DNA from: Gemmatimonadota bacterium
Lineage (GTDB): Bacteria > Gemmatimonadota > Gemmatimonadetes > Palauibacterales > Palauibacteraceae
Reading direction: 5' to 3'
Assembly (NCBI GenBank): GCA_963666735.1
Contig: OY762926.1
Coordinates: forward strand, 3,008,001 to 3,072,000
DNA: 64,000 nt
Below the pieces are notes generated by a model. It saw only the letters and a program-made list of their open reading frames with translations, searched no databases and had not been told where the DNA came from. Made by a program: the position numbers and the translations under genes. Positions 37,585 to 48,548 of this stretch are shown one piece after another. Numbering within the stretch: position 1 is the first letter of the stretch; each line of letters starts with the position of its first letter.

Positions 37585-38070
37585 GTGCCGGGCGCCGTGA
37601 GCTGGGAACACCTGCACATCGTCTCCCACTCGTTCCCCATCGTCCTCGCCGCGTGCGGGAGCGTCGTCGGCCTGTACGGGTGGGCGCGGAACCGCGAGCC
37701 GCTCGAGCTGTGGGGGCTCGTGGCCCTCGTGATCGCCGGCGCCTTCGTCGCCCCCGCCTACCTGACCGGCCTCGCCGCCGCCGATGTCGTGGCGGAGCGC
37801 ACTTTCGTGCGGCCCGGCATCGTCCAGGCCCACCGCTTCTGGGCCACGTGGGCGGCCGTCCCCGCCTTCACGGCCGGCGCGCTCGCCGCCTTCGCGCTGC
37901 ACGAGCGGGACGACCGGCGGCTGCGGCATTTCGTACTCCTCGTGGGCCTGTTCGCGACGCTAATGATCAGCTTCGCCGCATGGCAGGGCTCGAAGATCGT
38001 GCACGGACCGAATGAGACCGCCGGCGCGGGGGTGCCCGCCACGATGGTTGAGTCCGCTGCGGGAGAATGA
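37585..38070 (+). CDS. 4-TM membrane protein (DUF2231-like)
   Basis: 'HLHIVSHSFPIV', 'AYLTG', 'H..WA', 'G.KIVH' His pattern; start may be GTG 37597. Confidence 0.75.
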   Translation: MPGAVSWEHLHIVSHSFPIVLAACGSVVGLYGWARNREPLELWGLVALVIAGAFVAPAYLTGLAAADVVAERTFVRPGIVQAHRFWATWAAVPAFTAGALAAFALHERDDRRLRHFVLLVGLFATLMISFAAWQGSKIVHGPNETAGAGVPATMVESAAGE

Positions 38071-38088
38071 AAGGGAGGGAGTGAGCCG

Positions 38089-38550
38089 ATGAGCGTACGG
38101 CTGGAAATCCTCACGGTCGCGCTGGCCATGACGGTCTTGGCAGGTTTTTCCGGCTGGACGGTCTGGGCTACGGCGGAAAGCGACGCATCTCTATGGTGGT
38201 TCGCGGCGCTCGTCGTCGTGTGGGTCCTCCTGCTCGGGGTCAGCGCCCTGGCATGGGCGGGTTGGGGGCGCTGGCTGTTCGACCAAGCGGATGCGAGCGC
38301 CCGGTCGCGCCGATGGTGGCGGCTGTGGTTCGTGCCCTGGGCGTTCTGGGTCGTGAACTCCATAGCCCGGGATGCCGTTGATGGACTCAACGAGTTGATT
38401 CACGGATCCGGGGAAGGGCTGTCGCTCGTGCTGCTGGTGCCTCCATCGGTCGTCGGCATCGCAGCTTCGCTGGCCGGCTTCGTGTTGGTCCTCGCTTTCG
38501 CGTTCCGGGAGATCGATCACCTTTCCCGGAAGCGACGAGCCGCCCGCTAG
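38089..38550 (+). CDS. Hypothetical membrane protein
   Basis: GGAG RBS, four hydrophobic segments. Confidence 0.65.
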   Translation: MSVRLEILTVALAMTVLAGFSGWTVWATAESDASLWWFAALVVVWVLLLGVSALAWAGWGRWLFDQADASARSRRWWRLWFVPWAFWVVNSIARDAVDGLNELIHGSGEGLSLVLLVPPSVVGIAASLAGFVLVLAFAFREIDHLSRKRRAAR

Positions 38551-38568
38551 CGGTTCGCGGGAGAGCGG

Positions 38569-38739
38569 CTAGTGGGTGGCGGACTCCAAGAGGGCGACGA
38601 GGCCGAAGAAGATGAACGCCGCGGCGAGCATCGCGGCCGTCTGAAGCACGCGTTCCAGGAAGGACATTCTGGCAAGGTGCCCGAGCAATAGGGCCACGAC
38701 GACCGTGCTGATGAGCAGGATCCCGAGAATCATCATCAT
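38569..38739 (-). CDS. Small 2-TM hypothetical protein
   Basis: MMMILGILLISTVVVALLLG...FIFFGLVALLESATH. Confidence 0.5.
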   Translation of the reverse strand: MMMILGILLISTVVVALLLGHLARMSFLERVLQTAAMLAAAFIFFGLVALLESATH

Positions 38740-38886
38740 CTTCGCAAGCCATCCTTGTGCGGCGGTTTCGGCGGCGGAGACCGGGCCGCCCGCATTTGCA
38801 GGCGACGCGCCACAAGGTCGGCCCAAGCCTGCGTTTCGGCAACATTCCCGCCGGTGAGTTCCCGCCCGCGCGTTCCCGCGGGAACG

Positions 38887-39666
38887 TCAGACGCGCAGGC
38901 CGACTTCCGGCGCCTGTAGCGGCGCAAGGGCGGGGAACGCCACGGGGAAGGCGCGCAGCACGGCCTCGCCGGCCTCTTCCAGCGTAAGGGAGGCGCCCTC
39001 GGACGCGAGGCTCGTCATGCGGACGCCGTGGATGCCACAGGCGACGATCCCGCGGAAATTCACGAGCGGCTCGGGCGTCACGTTGAGCGCGAAGCCGTGC
39101 GACGTGATCCAGCGGCTCGCGTGCACGCCGATTGAAGCGACCTTTCGGATCGCACCGGCCCCGATCAGGGCGTCCGCCCGCGCGGCGGCGATCGCGCCGA
39201 ACCCGTCATCCTCGACGGCCTCGAGACTTCCGGGGGGTGGAGACCCGGTCCACGCCCCCGTGTACGACGCGACCCGGAATGCGGGGAGACCGCACTCCGC
39301 GAGGACGCGCAGCAGCACCTCCTCGATGCGGCGCAGATACCAGTGGAGGTCCTTCCGGTGCGCGTGGAGGTCCAGGATCGGGTAGCCCACCAGTTGGCCG
39401 GGGCCGTGATACGTGAGGTCGCCGCCGCGCTCGATCTCGACCACGTCCATCCCCTCGTCCGCGAGCCAGGCCGCGTCGGGCAGCGTGTGCTCCTCCCTCG
39501 AACCGCGCCCGACGGTGATCACCGGCAGGTGTTCGACGAGAAGCAGGAGGTCGTGACCCGGCGGAGAATTCCGGCGCCAGCGGGCGATGGAGCGCTGAAG
39601 CTCGAGAACCTCCCGATACTCGCGGCGGCCGAGGTCGACCGCCCGGAGTTGCCGCTCGCCGCTCAT
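38887..39666 (-). CDS. lipB: Lipoyl(octanoyl) transferase
   Basis: 'LLVEH', 'RGGDLTYHGPGQLVGYPI', 'KVASIG', 'TSHGFALN', 'CGI'. Confidence 0.95.
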   Translation of the reverse strand: MSGERQLRAVDLGRREYREVLELQRSIARWRRNSPPGHDLLLLVEHLPVITVGRGSREEHTLPDAAWLADEGMDVVEIERGGDLTYHGPGQLVGYPILDLHAHRKDLHWYLRRIEEVLLRVLAECGLPAFRVASYTGAWTGSPPPGSLEAVEDDGFGAIAAARADALIGAGAIRKVASIGVHASRWITSHGFALNVTPEPLVNFRGIVACGIHGVRMTSLASEGASLTLEEAGEAVLRAFPVAFPALAPLQAPEVGLRV

Positions 39667-39704
39667 TTGGAGTCCCGTCCGTCCCCCGCCGGCGCCCTGC
39701 CCGC

Positions 39705-41114
39705 CTACATGTGGATTGCGCGCCCCAGGGCGGCGAACGCGGCTTCCATCACGGCCTCGGCCATGCTCGGATGTGCGTGCGCGTGACGCACGATCTCGTC
39801 CAGCGTGGCTTCCAGTTCGCGCGCCATGCCGACCTCGGCCACGAGTTCGCTCACGTTGTGTCCGATCATGTGGACGCCCAGTACTTCGCCGTACTTGGCG
39901 TCCGCCACCACCTTCACGAAGCCGTCCGCGGATTCGGCGGTCAGCGCGCGTCCGTGCGCTCCGAGCGGGTACTTGCCGGTGACGACCTCGTGGCCCGCCT
40001 CCTCGGCCTGCGACGCGGACATGCCGATCGAGGCGACTTCCGGGTGGCAGTACCCCACGGAGGGGATGTTCCCGTACGTCATCGGGTGCTTGGCCACGCC
40101 CGCGATATGCTCGGCGGCGACGATGCCCTCGTGCGATCCGACGTGGGCCAACATGGGCTGCCCGGCGACGTCGCCGATCGCGTAGACGCCCGGCTGGTTC
40201 GTCCGGCACCAGCCGTCGATCTTGATGAAGCCATCCTCCATCGCGACCCCGTTCCTCTCGAGGTCGAGATTGTCCGTCACCGGCCGCCGCCCGACGGCCA
40301 TGAGTACGAGGTCCGTCTCCTCGGCGGTCTCGCTGCCGTCGGGGTTCACGAGCGTGAGAACCATCGGGCTCGCTTCACGGTCCAACTGCTTGACCCGGGT
40401 GTTCGTGAGGCTGCGGATCCCCCGCTTCCTGAACGAGCGCTCGAGCGCCTTCCCGATCTCCGGGTCCTCAAAGGGCACGAGCGTGTCGAGGGCCTCGATC
40501 AGCGTGACGTCGACGCCGAATGCGTTGAAGACGTCGGCGAACTCGACGCCCACGAATCCGGCCCCGACGATCGCCATCTTCGCGGGGAGTTCCTGGAGCC
40601 CGAGCGCTTCGCGGCTCCCGATCACCTTCTCGCCGTCGAGTTCGAAGCCGGGGAAGGTCTTCATCACGGAACCCGTCGCGAAGACGACGTTCCGGGTGGC
40701 GAGTTCGAGGGCCTCGCCGTCCGACTCGACCGCGACACGGCCCGTCCCGCCCAGCCGGCCGCGACCTTGTACGATGTCGACCTTGTTCTTCCCGAGCAGG
40801 TACTTCACGCCGGCGGTGAGCTTGCGCGTGATCATGCGGCTCCGCTTCACGGCCGCGGGGAAATCGTACTCCACTTCGACGGGCTTCACGCCCATGCGGG
40901 CGCCGTGGTGCCGGAGGTTGTGCGCGAGCGCCGCGCTCTCGAGGAGCGCCTTGGCCGGGATGCAGCCCCAGTTTAGGCAGGTGCCGCCGAGGCCGCCCTC
41001 GTACGACCCGCTCTCGACGCAGGCGGTGCGGAGCCCCAGTTGCGCGGCCCGGATCGCACACACGTAGCCGGCCGGTCCGGCCCCGACCACGACGACGTCG
41101 TAAGTCTCCGACAT
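39705..41114 (-). CDS. lpdA: Dihydrolipoyl dehydrogenase (E3)
   Basis: 'GAGPAGY', 'GGTCLNWGCIP', 'HAHPSMAE'. Confidence 0.97.
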   Translation of the reverse strand: MSETYDVVVVGAGPAGYVCAIRAAQLGLRTACVESGSYEGGLGGTCLNWGCIPAKALLESAALAHNLRHHGARMGVKPVEVEYDFPAAVKRSRMITRKLTAGVKYLLGKNKVDIVQGRGRLGGTGRVAVESDGEALELATRNVVFATGSVMKTFPGFELDGEKVIGSREALGLQELPAKMAIVGAGFVGVEFADVFNAFGVDVTLIEALDTLVPFEDPEIGKALERSFRKRGIRSLTNTRVKQLDREASPMVLTLVNPDGSETAEETDLVLMAVGRRPVTDNLDLERNGVAMEDGFIKIDGWCRTNQPGVYAIGDVAGQPMLAHVGSHEGIVAAEHIAGVAKHPMTYGNIPSVGYCHPEVASIGMSASQAEEAGHEVVTGKYPLGAHGRALTAESADGFVKVVADAKYGEVLGVHMIGHNVSELVAEVGMARELEATLDEIVRHAHAHPSMAEAVMEAAFAALGRAIHM

Positions 41115-41166
41115 CTATCCCTTCACTCTCTCATTCTCTGGTTCTCAGGAAGTCCCGCCAGCCTGC

Positions 41167-42495
41167 TTAGAGGATCATCTCGAGCGGGTTCTCGAGCATG
41201 GCCTTGAAGGTGACGAGAAACGCCGCCCCCGTGGCCCCGTCGATGACGCGGTGATCGCAGGACATGGTCACGCGCATCCGCTTGCGCACGACCACCTCCC
41301 CCGCAACGACCACGGGCTTCTCGACCGTCTGCCCGATGGCGAGGATGCCGGCTTCCGGCGGGTTGATGATCGCCGTGAACTGGTCGATCTCGAACATGCC
41401 GAGGTTGCTGACCGAGAACGTCCCGCCCTGGTATTCCTCCGGCGCGAGCTTCCGCGCCCTCGCCCGGGCGATGAGGTCACGCGCCTCGGCCGAGATCTGT
41501 CGCAGCCCCTTGCGGCCCGCATCGCGCAGCACCGGCGTGATGAGGCCTTCGTCGAGCGCCACCGCGATGCCGAGGTGGACCGCGCCGTGGTAGCGGATCG
41601 CGTTCTCCTCCCACGAGGCGTTGACCCCGGCGTGCCGGTTGAGGGCCTCCGCGGTCGCCTTCAGGAGCAGGTCCGTCACCCCGATTCTGCCGTCCGCGAA
41701 GCGGGCGTTGAGGTCCGCGCGCAATTCGAGCGCCCGGCCCATGTCGACCTCGGTCGTGAGGAAGAAGTGGGGGACGGGCCCGATCGACTGGCCTAGCCGG
41801 CGCGCGATGGCCTTCCGCATCTGGCTCGCCTCCTCGACCCGGTCCTCGAGGCCGTGAGATGGCGCGACCGAGGCGGGGGCCGGCGCAGGCGGTGGCTCGG
41901 ACGCCGGGGCGGGGGCCGGCGCAACGGCCGGCCCGCCGGCCCGCGCGGCCTCGATGTCGGCCTTGACGATCCGGCCGCCCGGCCCGGAGCCGGCGAGGCC
42001 GGAGAGGGCGATCCCGCTCTCCGCGGCCATGCGCCGGGCCACGGGGGAGGCCTTGATGCGGCTGCCGGCCGCCGGCGCGGGTTCGGGCGCGGCCTCGACA
42101 GGCTGCCCGGTTCCGGCCGCGGGGGCGGACGCCTCGGCCGTCTCGGGAGCCGCGGCCGCCGGCGCGGGCACCTCTGCGGGGCCGCCCGCGGGTTCTTCCG
42201 CCGGCCCGGCGCCGCCGGCCGCCTCCGCCTCGGCGAGCAGGGCGTCGATCGACTCGTCCGGCGCGGCGATCACGCCGATGAGCGCCCCCACGGGGACCGT
42301 GGCGCCCGCCTGCACGACGATCTTGCGCAGCACGCCGCCGCCGAGCGCCTCGACATCCATGTTCGCCTTGTCGGTTTCGATCTCCGCGACGACATCTCCC
42401 TGCGCCACGGCATCGCCCTCGGCGACCTTCCACTCGATGAGCTTGCCTTCCTCCATCGTCGGGCTCAGCTGCGCCATCACGACTCTCGTCGGCAT
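41167..42495 (-). CDS. pdhC: Pyruvate dehydrogenase E2 dihydrolipoamide acetyltransferase
   Basis: Lipoyl 'ETDKA', 'GSGPGGRIVKAD', 'DHRVIDGA'. Confidence 0.96.
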   Translation of the reverse strand: MPTRVVMAQLSPTMEEGKLIEWKVAEGDAVAQGDVVAEIETDKANMDVEALGGGVLRKIVVQAGATVPVGALIGVIAAPDESIDALLAEAEAAGGAGPAEEPAGGPAEVPAPAAAAPETAEASAPAAGTGQPVEAAPEPAPAAGSRIKASPVARRMAAESGIALSGLAGSGPGGRIVKADIEAARAGGPAVAPAPAPASEPPPAPAPASVAPSHGLEDRVEEASQMRKAIARRLGQSIGPVPHFFLTTEVDMGRALELRADLNARFADGRIGVTDLLLKATAEALNRHAGVNASWEENAIRYHGAVHLGIAVALDEGLITPVLRDAGRKGLRQISAEARDLIARARARKLAPEEYQGGTFSVSNLGMFEIDQFTAIINPPEAGILAIGQTVEKPVVVAGEVVVRKRMRVTMSCDHRVIDGATGAAFLVTFKAMLENPLEMIL

Positions 42496-42513
42496 ATCGG
42501 CCGGCGTCCGCGG

Positions 42514-43497
42514 CTAGTCCGCGTAGCACACGTGGCGCACCGCCGCCGCCACATGGTCCGCGTTCGGGATTACGAGCTTCTCCAGGTTCTTCGCGTAGGG
42601 CATGGGCACGTCCAGCCCGTTCACGCGCGCCACCGGCGCGTCCAGCGAGTCGAAGGCCTCGCGCTGAATGTCGTCCACGACCTGGGCTCCGACGTTGCAC
42701 ATCGGCCACCCCTCTTCCGCGACCACGGCCCGGTTCGTCTTCCTGACCGACGCCACGACCGCGTCCACGTCCAGCGGACGCACCGTGCGCAGGTCCAGCA
42801 CCTCGACGTCGATATCCTCCTTCTCCAGCGCGCGCGCCGCCGCGAGCGCCTGGTGCACCATCTTCGAGTGGCACACGACGGTCACGTCCGATCCCTCGCG
42901 CTTCACCTCGGCCGCCCCGATCGGGGTCACGTACTCCTGCTCCGGCACCTCATCCCGCACGAGGTTGTACATGATCTCGCTCTCGATGAAAACGACCGGG
43001 TCGTTGTCGCGGATCGCGCTCTTCAGCAGTCCCTTCGCGTCCTTCGCCGTGGCGGGCGCGATCACCTTCAGCCCGGGCACGTAGCTGTACCAGGGCTCGG
43101 GCGACTGCGAGTGCTGCGCCGCGAGTTGGAGGGCCGCGCCGCCCGGCCCCCGGAAGACGATGGGGACGTCGTACTGCCCTCCCGACATCTGGAACAGCTT
43201 CGCCGCCCCGTTCACGACCTCGTCGATCGCGAGGAAGGCGAAGTTCCACGTCATGAACTCGACGATCGGCCGCAGGCCCGCCATCGCCGCGCCCACGCCG
43301 AGCCCCGCGAACCCCAACTCGGCGATCGGGGCGTCCCGGACGCGCCATTCCCCGAACTGGTCGAGCAGTCCCTTGGTGACCTTGTAGGCGCCGTCGTACT
43401 CCCCCACCTCTTCACCGATGATGAAGATGGAGTCGTCGCGCTCCATCTCTTCGCGCAGGGCGTCGTTCAGCGCTTCCCGATACGTGAGGACGGCCAT
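42514..43497 (-). CDS. pdhB: Pyruvate dehydrogenase E1 beta
   Basis: 'GEEVGEYDGAYKVT', 'PIAELGF', 'AAQHSQ'. Confidence 0.96.
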   Translation of the reverse strand: MAVLTYREALNDALREEMERDDSIFIIGEEVGEYDGAYKVTKGLLDQFGEWRVRDAPIAELGFAGLGVGAAMAGLRPIVEFMTWNFAFLAIDEVVNGAAKLFQMSGGQYDVPIVFRGPGGAALQLAAQHSQSPEPWYSYVPGLKVIAPATAKDAKGLLKSAIRDNDPVVFIESEIMYNLVRDEVPEQEYVTPIGAAEVKREGSDVTVVCHSKMVHQALAAARALEKEDIDVEVLDLRTVRPLDVDAVVASVRKTNRAVVAEEGWPMCNVGAQVVDDIQREAFDSLDAPVARVNGLDVPMPYAKNLEKLVIPNADHVAAAVRHVCYAD

Positions 43498-44611
43498 CAG
43501 CGCAGCTCCTTCCGCCACGCGTCGCGCCGCCGCATGTCGTCCGGATACCCGTCCGAATACACGTAGCGATACAGCGCTTCCGCATCCGGGAAGGGGCTCC
43601 GGTCCGCGAAGGCCGCGGACTCCTCGGCGATCTCCTTCGCCTCGCGGTCGATCGCCTTGTACGCCTCCTCCGTCAGACGCCCCGCGTCCATGAGCTGCCG
43701 GGTGAAGGAGAGGATCGGGTCATCGGAGCGCCACTTCTCGACTTCCTCGCGCGTCCGGTACGTCCCGTGCATCGGATCCGCCATCGAGTGGCCCATGTAC
43801 CGGAAGCAGCGCGCCTCGATGAAGCTGGGCGTCTTCTCGTTCCGTCCCCGCTCGATCGCCTCCTCCGTCGCCTGGCGGACGGCCAGCACGTCCATGCCGT
43901 CCACATCGAGCGAGGTGAGGCCGTCGTATCCCCGGCCGCGGTCCTTGAGTTCCTTCACCGCCGCCACGCGCCGGTAGTCGGTCCCCATCCCGTAGCGGTT
44001 GTTCTCGAGGATGAAGATGACGGGCAACTTCCAGCGCGCCGCCATGTTCATCGACTCGTGGAACGCGCCGATGTTGACCACCGAGTCTCCGAAGAAGCAG
44101 ACGCAGACCTGGTCCCCGCCCCGGTACCGGATCGCGTACCCGGCCCCGATCGCGATGGGGAGGTGGCTCCCGACGATCCCGTGTCCGCCCATGAAGTTGA
44201 GCGACTTGTCGAACATGTGCATCGAGCCGCCGAAGCCCTTCGAGCAACCGTCCACCCGCCCGTAGAGTTCGGCCATGACGGCGTTCGGCGTCATCCCGCG
44301 CGCGATCGCCTGCGCGTGATCGCGATACGCGGTGATCACGTAGTCGTCGTCCCGCAGCGGCGTGATCGCTCCCGCGGAGACCGCTTCCTGCCCGATATAG
44401 AGGTGGCAGAAGCCACCGATCTTGCCGACCTGGTAGACCTCCGCCGCCTTCTCCTCGAACCGGCGCTCGATGATCATCTCCCGCAGGAGCGCTACGCATT
44501 CCTCCCTCGAGAGTCCGAGAAACACGTCGGGGTCGTCCGTCGATCCCGCGGGGGCTCCCCCCGCCGGCGCGTCGGAGACCGTGGCCGCGGACCGGCCGGC
44601 GTTCGCCGCGC

Positions 44612-44615
<4 letters not shown>
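43497..44615 (-). CDS. pdhA: Pyruvate dehydrogenase E1 alpha
   Basis: 'GFCHLYIGQEA', 'GGSMH', TPP motif 'GDSVVN..NN', 'GHSMADP'. Confidence 0.96.
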
Positions 44616-45541
<926 letters not shown>

Positions 45542-45784
45542 GCCTGCCGCCTTCTCGCTATGTGATCGCCTCTATGTGATCCGCTCTGTGATCCGCCCTG
45601 CGTTTCCCGGTCGCGCGCCCCCGGCCGAACCATCCGTTCGCTCTCCGTATGCCGTCCGTATGCCGTCCGCCGGGAACCATCCAAGATACCGGCTGTTGCG
45701 CGACGGACCAACCCGCCGCCCCCCGCTCCGGCGGGCGGCAACGCGGAATTGCTCAGCCCTCAGGCCTCGGGTATCTTCCCGCGC

Positions 45785-46033
45785 ATGACCTACATCATCA
45801 CCGAACCATGCATGAGCGAGAAGGATGCATCCTGCGTGGATGTGTGCCCCGTCGACTGCATCTACGAGGGCGAGGACCAGTACTACATCCATCCCGAGGA
45901 GTGCATCGACTGCGGCGCCTGCGTGCCGGAGTGCCCCGTGGAGGCCATTTATCCGGACGACGAAGTGCCGGAGCAGTACGACGCCTTCACCGCGAAGAAC
46001 TACACCTACTTCGACGTTCCGCCGCCCGACTGA
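45785..46033 (+). CDS. Ferredoxin (FdxA-type, dicluster)
   Basis: '[15 protein letters not shown]', '[12 protein letters not shown]'. Confidence 0.95.
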   Translation: MTYIITEPCMSEKDASCVDVCPVDCIYEGEDQYYIHPEECIDCGACVPECPVEAIYPDDEVPEQYDAFTAKNYTYFDVPPPD

Positions 46034-46067
46034 TCCTCGAGTCCGACCACTGAGGGGAGCCACCGCG

Positions 46068-47201
46068 ATGTGGAACCGGCGCCCGCGCGGCCCTGTGCCG
46101 CACCTCGTCACCCTCGGCCTCCTGCTGTCGCCGCACCCGCTGGCGCCGGCCACCCACGCCGCGCAGGAACACGCCCACGGAGCTTCGGCGCTTGTCGGCG
46201 AAGCGCACGCCGACGACTCGGCCCCGCCGCGTTTGCCCGCCGCGAGTCCGCTCATCGACGTGCGCGTGCACGCGGCCGATCGCGAGTTCGAGATCGTCGT
46301 CGGCCCCGTCTCCCTGCCGGCCGGCGGTCCGCACCTCCGGCCCCCGGTGCAACTCGCGGAGGTGCCGGTCGCGGGCTGGATGCACGGTTTCTCGTGGCAG
46401 ATGAAGGACCGGGAAGGCAACCCGCTCCCCGAACGCCTGCTCCATCACGTCAACCTCATCGACCCCGACAACCGCGAACTCTTCTCCGCCGTCCCGCGCC
46501 GCGTCCTCGCCGCGGGCCGCGAGACGAAGAGCGAGTTCCTGCCGGGCGTGCTGGGGTATCCCCTCGCGCCGGGCACCCGGGTCCTCGTGAGCGCGATGTT
46601 CGCGCCGCTCCCCGCAGCGTCGCACGACGAAGCCTTCCTGCACATCCGGCTGCCGTACACGCCGTTCGAGGATCCGGGCCTCATCGGGCCGGTGGACATC
46701 TATCCGTTCTATCTCGACGTGATGGGCCCCGTCGGCGAGAAGGAGTTTCCGCTCCCGCCCGGGACGCACGGGATGAGTTGGGAGGGCAGCCCCGCCGTGG
46801 ACGGGCGGATCCTCGGCATCGGAGGGCACCTGCACGACTACGGGGACTGGATTCGGCTCGAGGACGTCACGGCGCACAGGGTGATCTGGGAAACGGGGCC
46901 GGAGGTGGACGGCGAAGGCCGCACCGTCGGGGTGCCCACGAGCCGGCTGTGGTGGCGCGGGGGGGTGCGGGTCCGGAAGGACCATGTCTACCGCATCTCG
47001 GTCCAATACTCGAACCCGCTGGGACACCCGGCGCCGGACGGTGGGATGGGCGCGATCGGCGGCATCATCATCGCGGCGGATGAGGACTGGCCGGAGTTCA
47101 GCCGCGAACACCCGGACTACGTCCAGGACCTTCGCAACACCCTCGAGAAACCGAACGAAGCCGCCCACGGCCACGGACACGCATCCCGCTCGGACGGCTA
47201 G
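46068..47201 (+). CDS. Exported protein, probable copper type II (PHM/DBH-like) monooxygenase fold
   Basis: Signal peptide; 'LLHHVN', 'GGHLHDYG', 'GGMG'; His-rich termini. Confidence 0.7.
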   Translation: MWNRRPRGPVPHLVTLGLLLSPHPLAPATHAAQEHAHGASALVGEAHADDSAPPRLPAASPLIDVRVHAADREFEIVVGPVSLPAGGPHLRPPVQLAEVPVAGWMHGFSWQMKDREGNPLPERLLHHVNLIDPDNRELFSAVPRRVLAAGRETKSEFLPGVLGYPLAPGTRVLVSAMFAPLPAASHDEAFLHIRLPYTPFEDPGLIGPVDIYPFYLDVMGPVGEKEFPLPPGTHGMSWEGSPAVDGRILGIGGHLHDYGDWIRLEDVTAHRVIWETGPEVDGEGRTVGVPTSRLWWRGGVRVRKDHVYRISVQYSNPLGHPAPDGGMGAIGGIIIAADEDWPEFSREHPDYVQDLRNTLEKPNEAAHGHGHASRSDG

Positions 47202-47249
47202 CGCGGAGACGCCACGCTGGCGTTCGGGGTGCTTCGCCGGACAGCGCCG

Positions 47250-48218
47250 ATGCCCGAACTGCCCGACATCACGATCTACCTTGAAGGGCTGGAGGCGCGC
47301 CTCCTCGGACGCACGCTGGAGCGGGTGCGGCTCGGCAGTCCCTTCCTGCTCCGGAGCGTCGATCCGCCCCTGGCGGATGCGCACGGACGCGAGGTCGTGG
47401 CCCTGCGCCGGCTGGGGAAGCGTATCGCCATCGGGCTGGCCCGCCCCGGCGAACGCGGTGACCCACCGGACGCACAGGACACACGGGAACTGTGGCTCGT
47501 CCTCCATCTCATGATCGCGGGTCGGCTCCGGTGGCGGGACCCCGGCGTGAAGATCCCGCGCCGGCTCGGTCTCGCGGCCTTCGACTTCGCCGAGGGAAGT
47601 CTCCTGCTCACGGAGGCGGGGACGAAAAAACGGGCCGCGCTGCACGTCGTGCAGGGCGCCGAGGCCCTCGCGCGGCACGACCCCGGCGGCGTCGATCCCC
47701 TGGCGGCGGACCCGACCGTCTTTCGCGAGACGCTCACGGCCCGCAACCACACGCTCAAGCGCGCGCTCACGGACCCGCGGCTCTTCTCGGGCATCGGCAA
47801 CGCGTATTCCGACGAGATCCTGCACGCGGCGAAGCTGTCGCCGATCAAGTGGACGAGCCGGCTCGATGACGAGGAGATCGGCCGGCTCCACGAGGCCACG
47901 CGCGGCACGCTGGAGCGGTGGACGTGCCGGCTGCGCGATCAACTTGCGGGCAAGTTCCCGGAGAGGGTGACCGCGTTCCACGCCGAGATGGCCGTACACG
48001 GGAAGTACGGGCGGCCGTGCCCGGATTGCGCGGCTCCGGTGCAGCGGATCCGATACGCGGACAACGAAACGAACTACTGCGCCGCCTGCCAAACCGGCGG
48101 GAAGGTGCTGGCGGACCGGGCCCTTTCCCGGCTGCTGGGAAGGGACTGGCCCCGCAGCCTGGAAGCGCTCGAGGAACTCCGGCCGGGAGGGCCGCCGGTC
48201 TCCGGGGAGGGCGCATGA
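47250..48218 (+). CDS. Fpg/Nei family DNA glycosylase
   Basis: N-terminal 'MPELPD', 'HLMIAG', H2TH 'GIGNAYSDE', zinc finger CPDC..CAACQ. Confidence 0.94.
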   Translation: MPELPDITIYLEGLEARLLGRTLERVRLGSPFLLRSVDPPLADAHGREVVALRRLGKRIAIGLARPGERGDPPDAQDTRELWLVLHLMIAGRLRWRDPGVKIPRRLGLAAFDFAEGSLLLTEAGTKKRAALHVVQGAEALARHDPGGVDPLAADPTVFRETLTARNHTLKRALTDPRLFSGIGNAYSDEILHAAKLSPIKWTSRLDDEEIGRLHEATRGTLERWTCRLRDQLAGKFPERVTAFHAEMAVHGKYGRPCPDCAAPVQRIRYADNETNYCAACQTGGKVLADRALSRLLGRDWPRSLEALEELRPGGPPVSGEGA

Positions 48219-48487
48219 TCCGCTACCACTACCACACCTCGCGGAAGGAGATCCCCCGCCTCGGGATCTCGAAGGGGGACCCGCTGTGCCACGTCTACAG
48301 CGATGCCTCCCGCGAGGAACTGGAGGCGTGGGGCCGGCGGCACGGCCTCGAGCCCGCGTGGATCCACGACTCGACGCTCCCCCACTTCGACGCCTTCGGG
48401 GCTCGCCTGGAGTGGTGCGGTCCGGGCGTGTCGCGGGCGGAACTCAGGGATCACATCCGCGCCTGGCGCGCCGGCCGCAAAGCCTGA
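48215..48487 (+). CDS. DUF4031-like small protein
   Basis: 'CHVYSD.SREEL..W...G....W....PHFD'; ATGA coupling to the glycosylase. Confidence 0.7.
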   Translation: MIRYHYHTSRKEIPRLGISKGDPLCHVYSDASREELEAWGRRHGLEPAWIHDSTLPHFDAFGARLEWCGPGVSRAELRDHIRAWRAGRKA

Positions 48488-48548
48488 GGCAACGGGCTGC
48501 GCGGGATCCGAAGCCGGCGCCTGCCGATTGCAGCCGGTCCCGGTGGGC

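Noticed and set aside
37435..38739. Integrated element at tRNA-Glu
   Set aside because: No integrase and no duplicated tRNA 3' end seen in the window.
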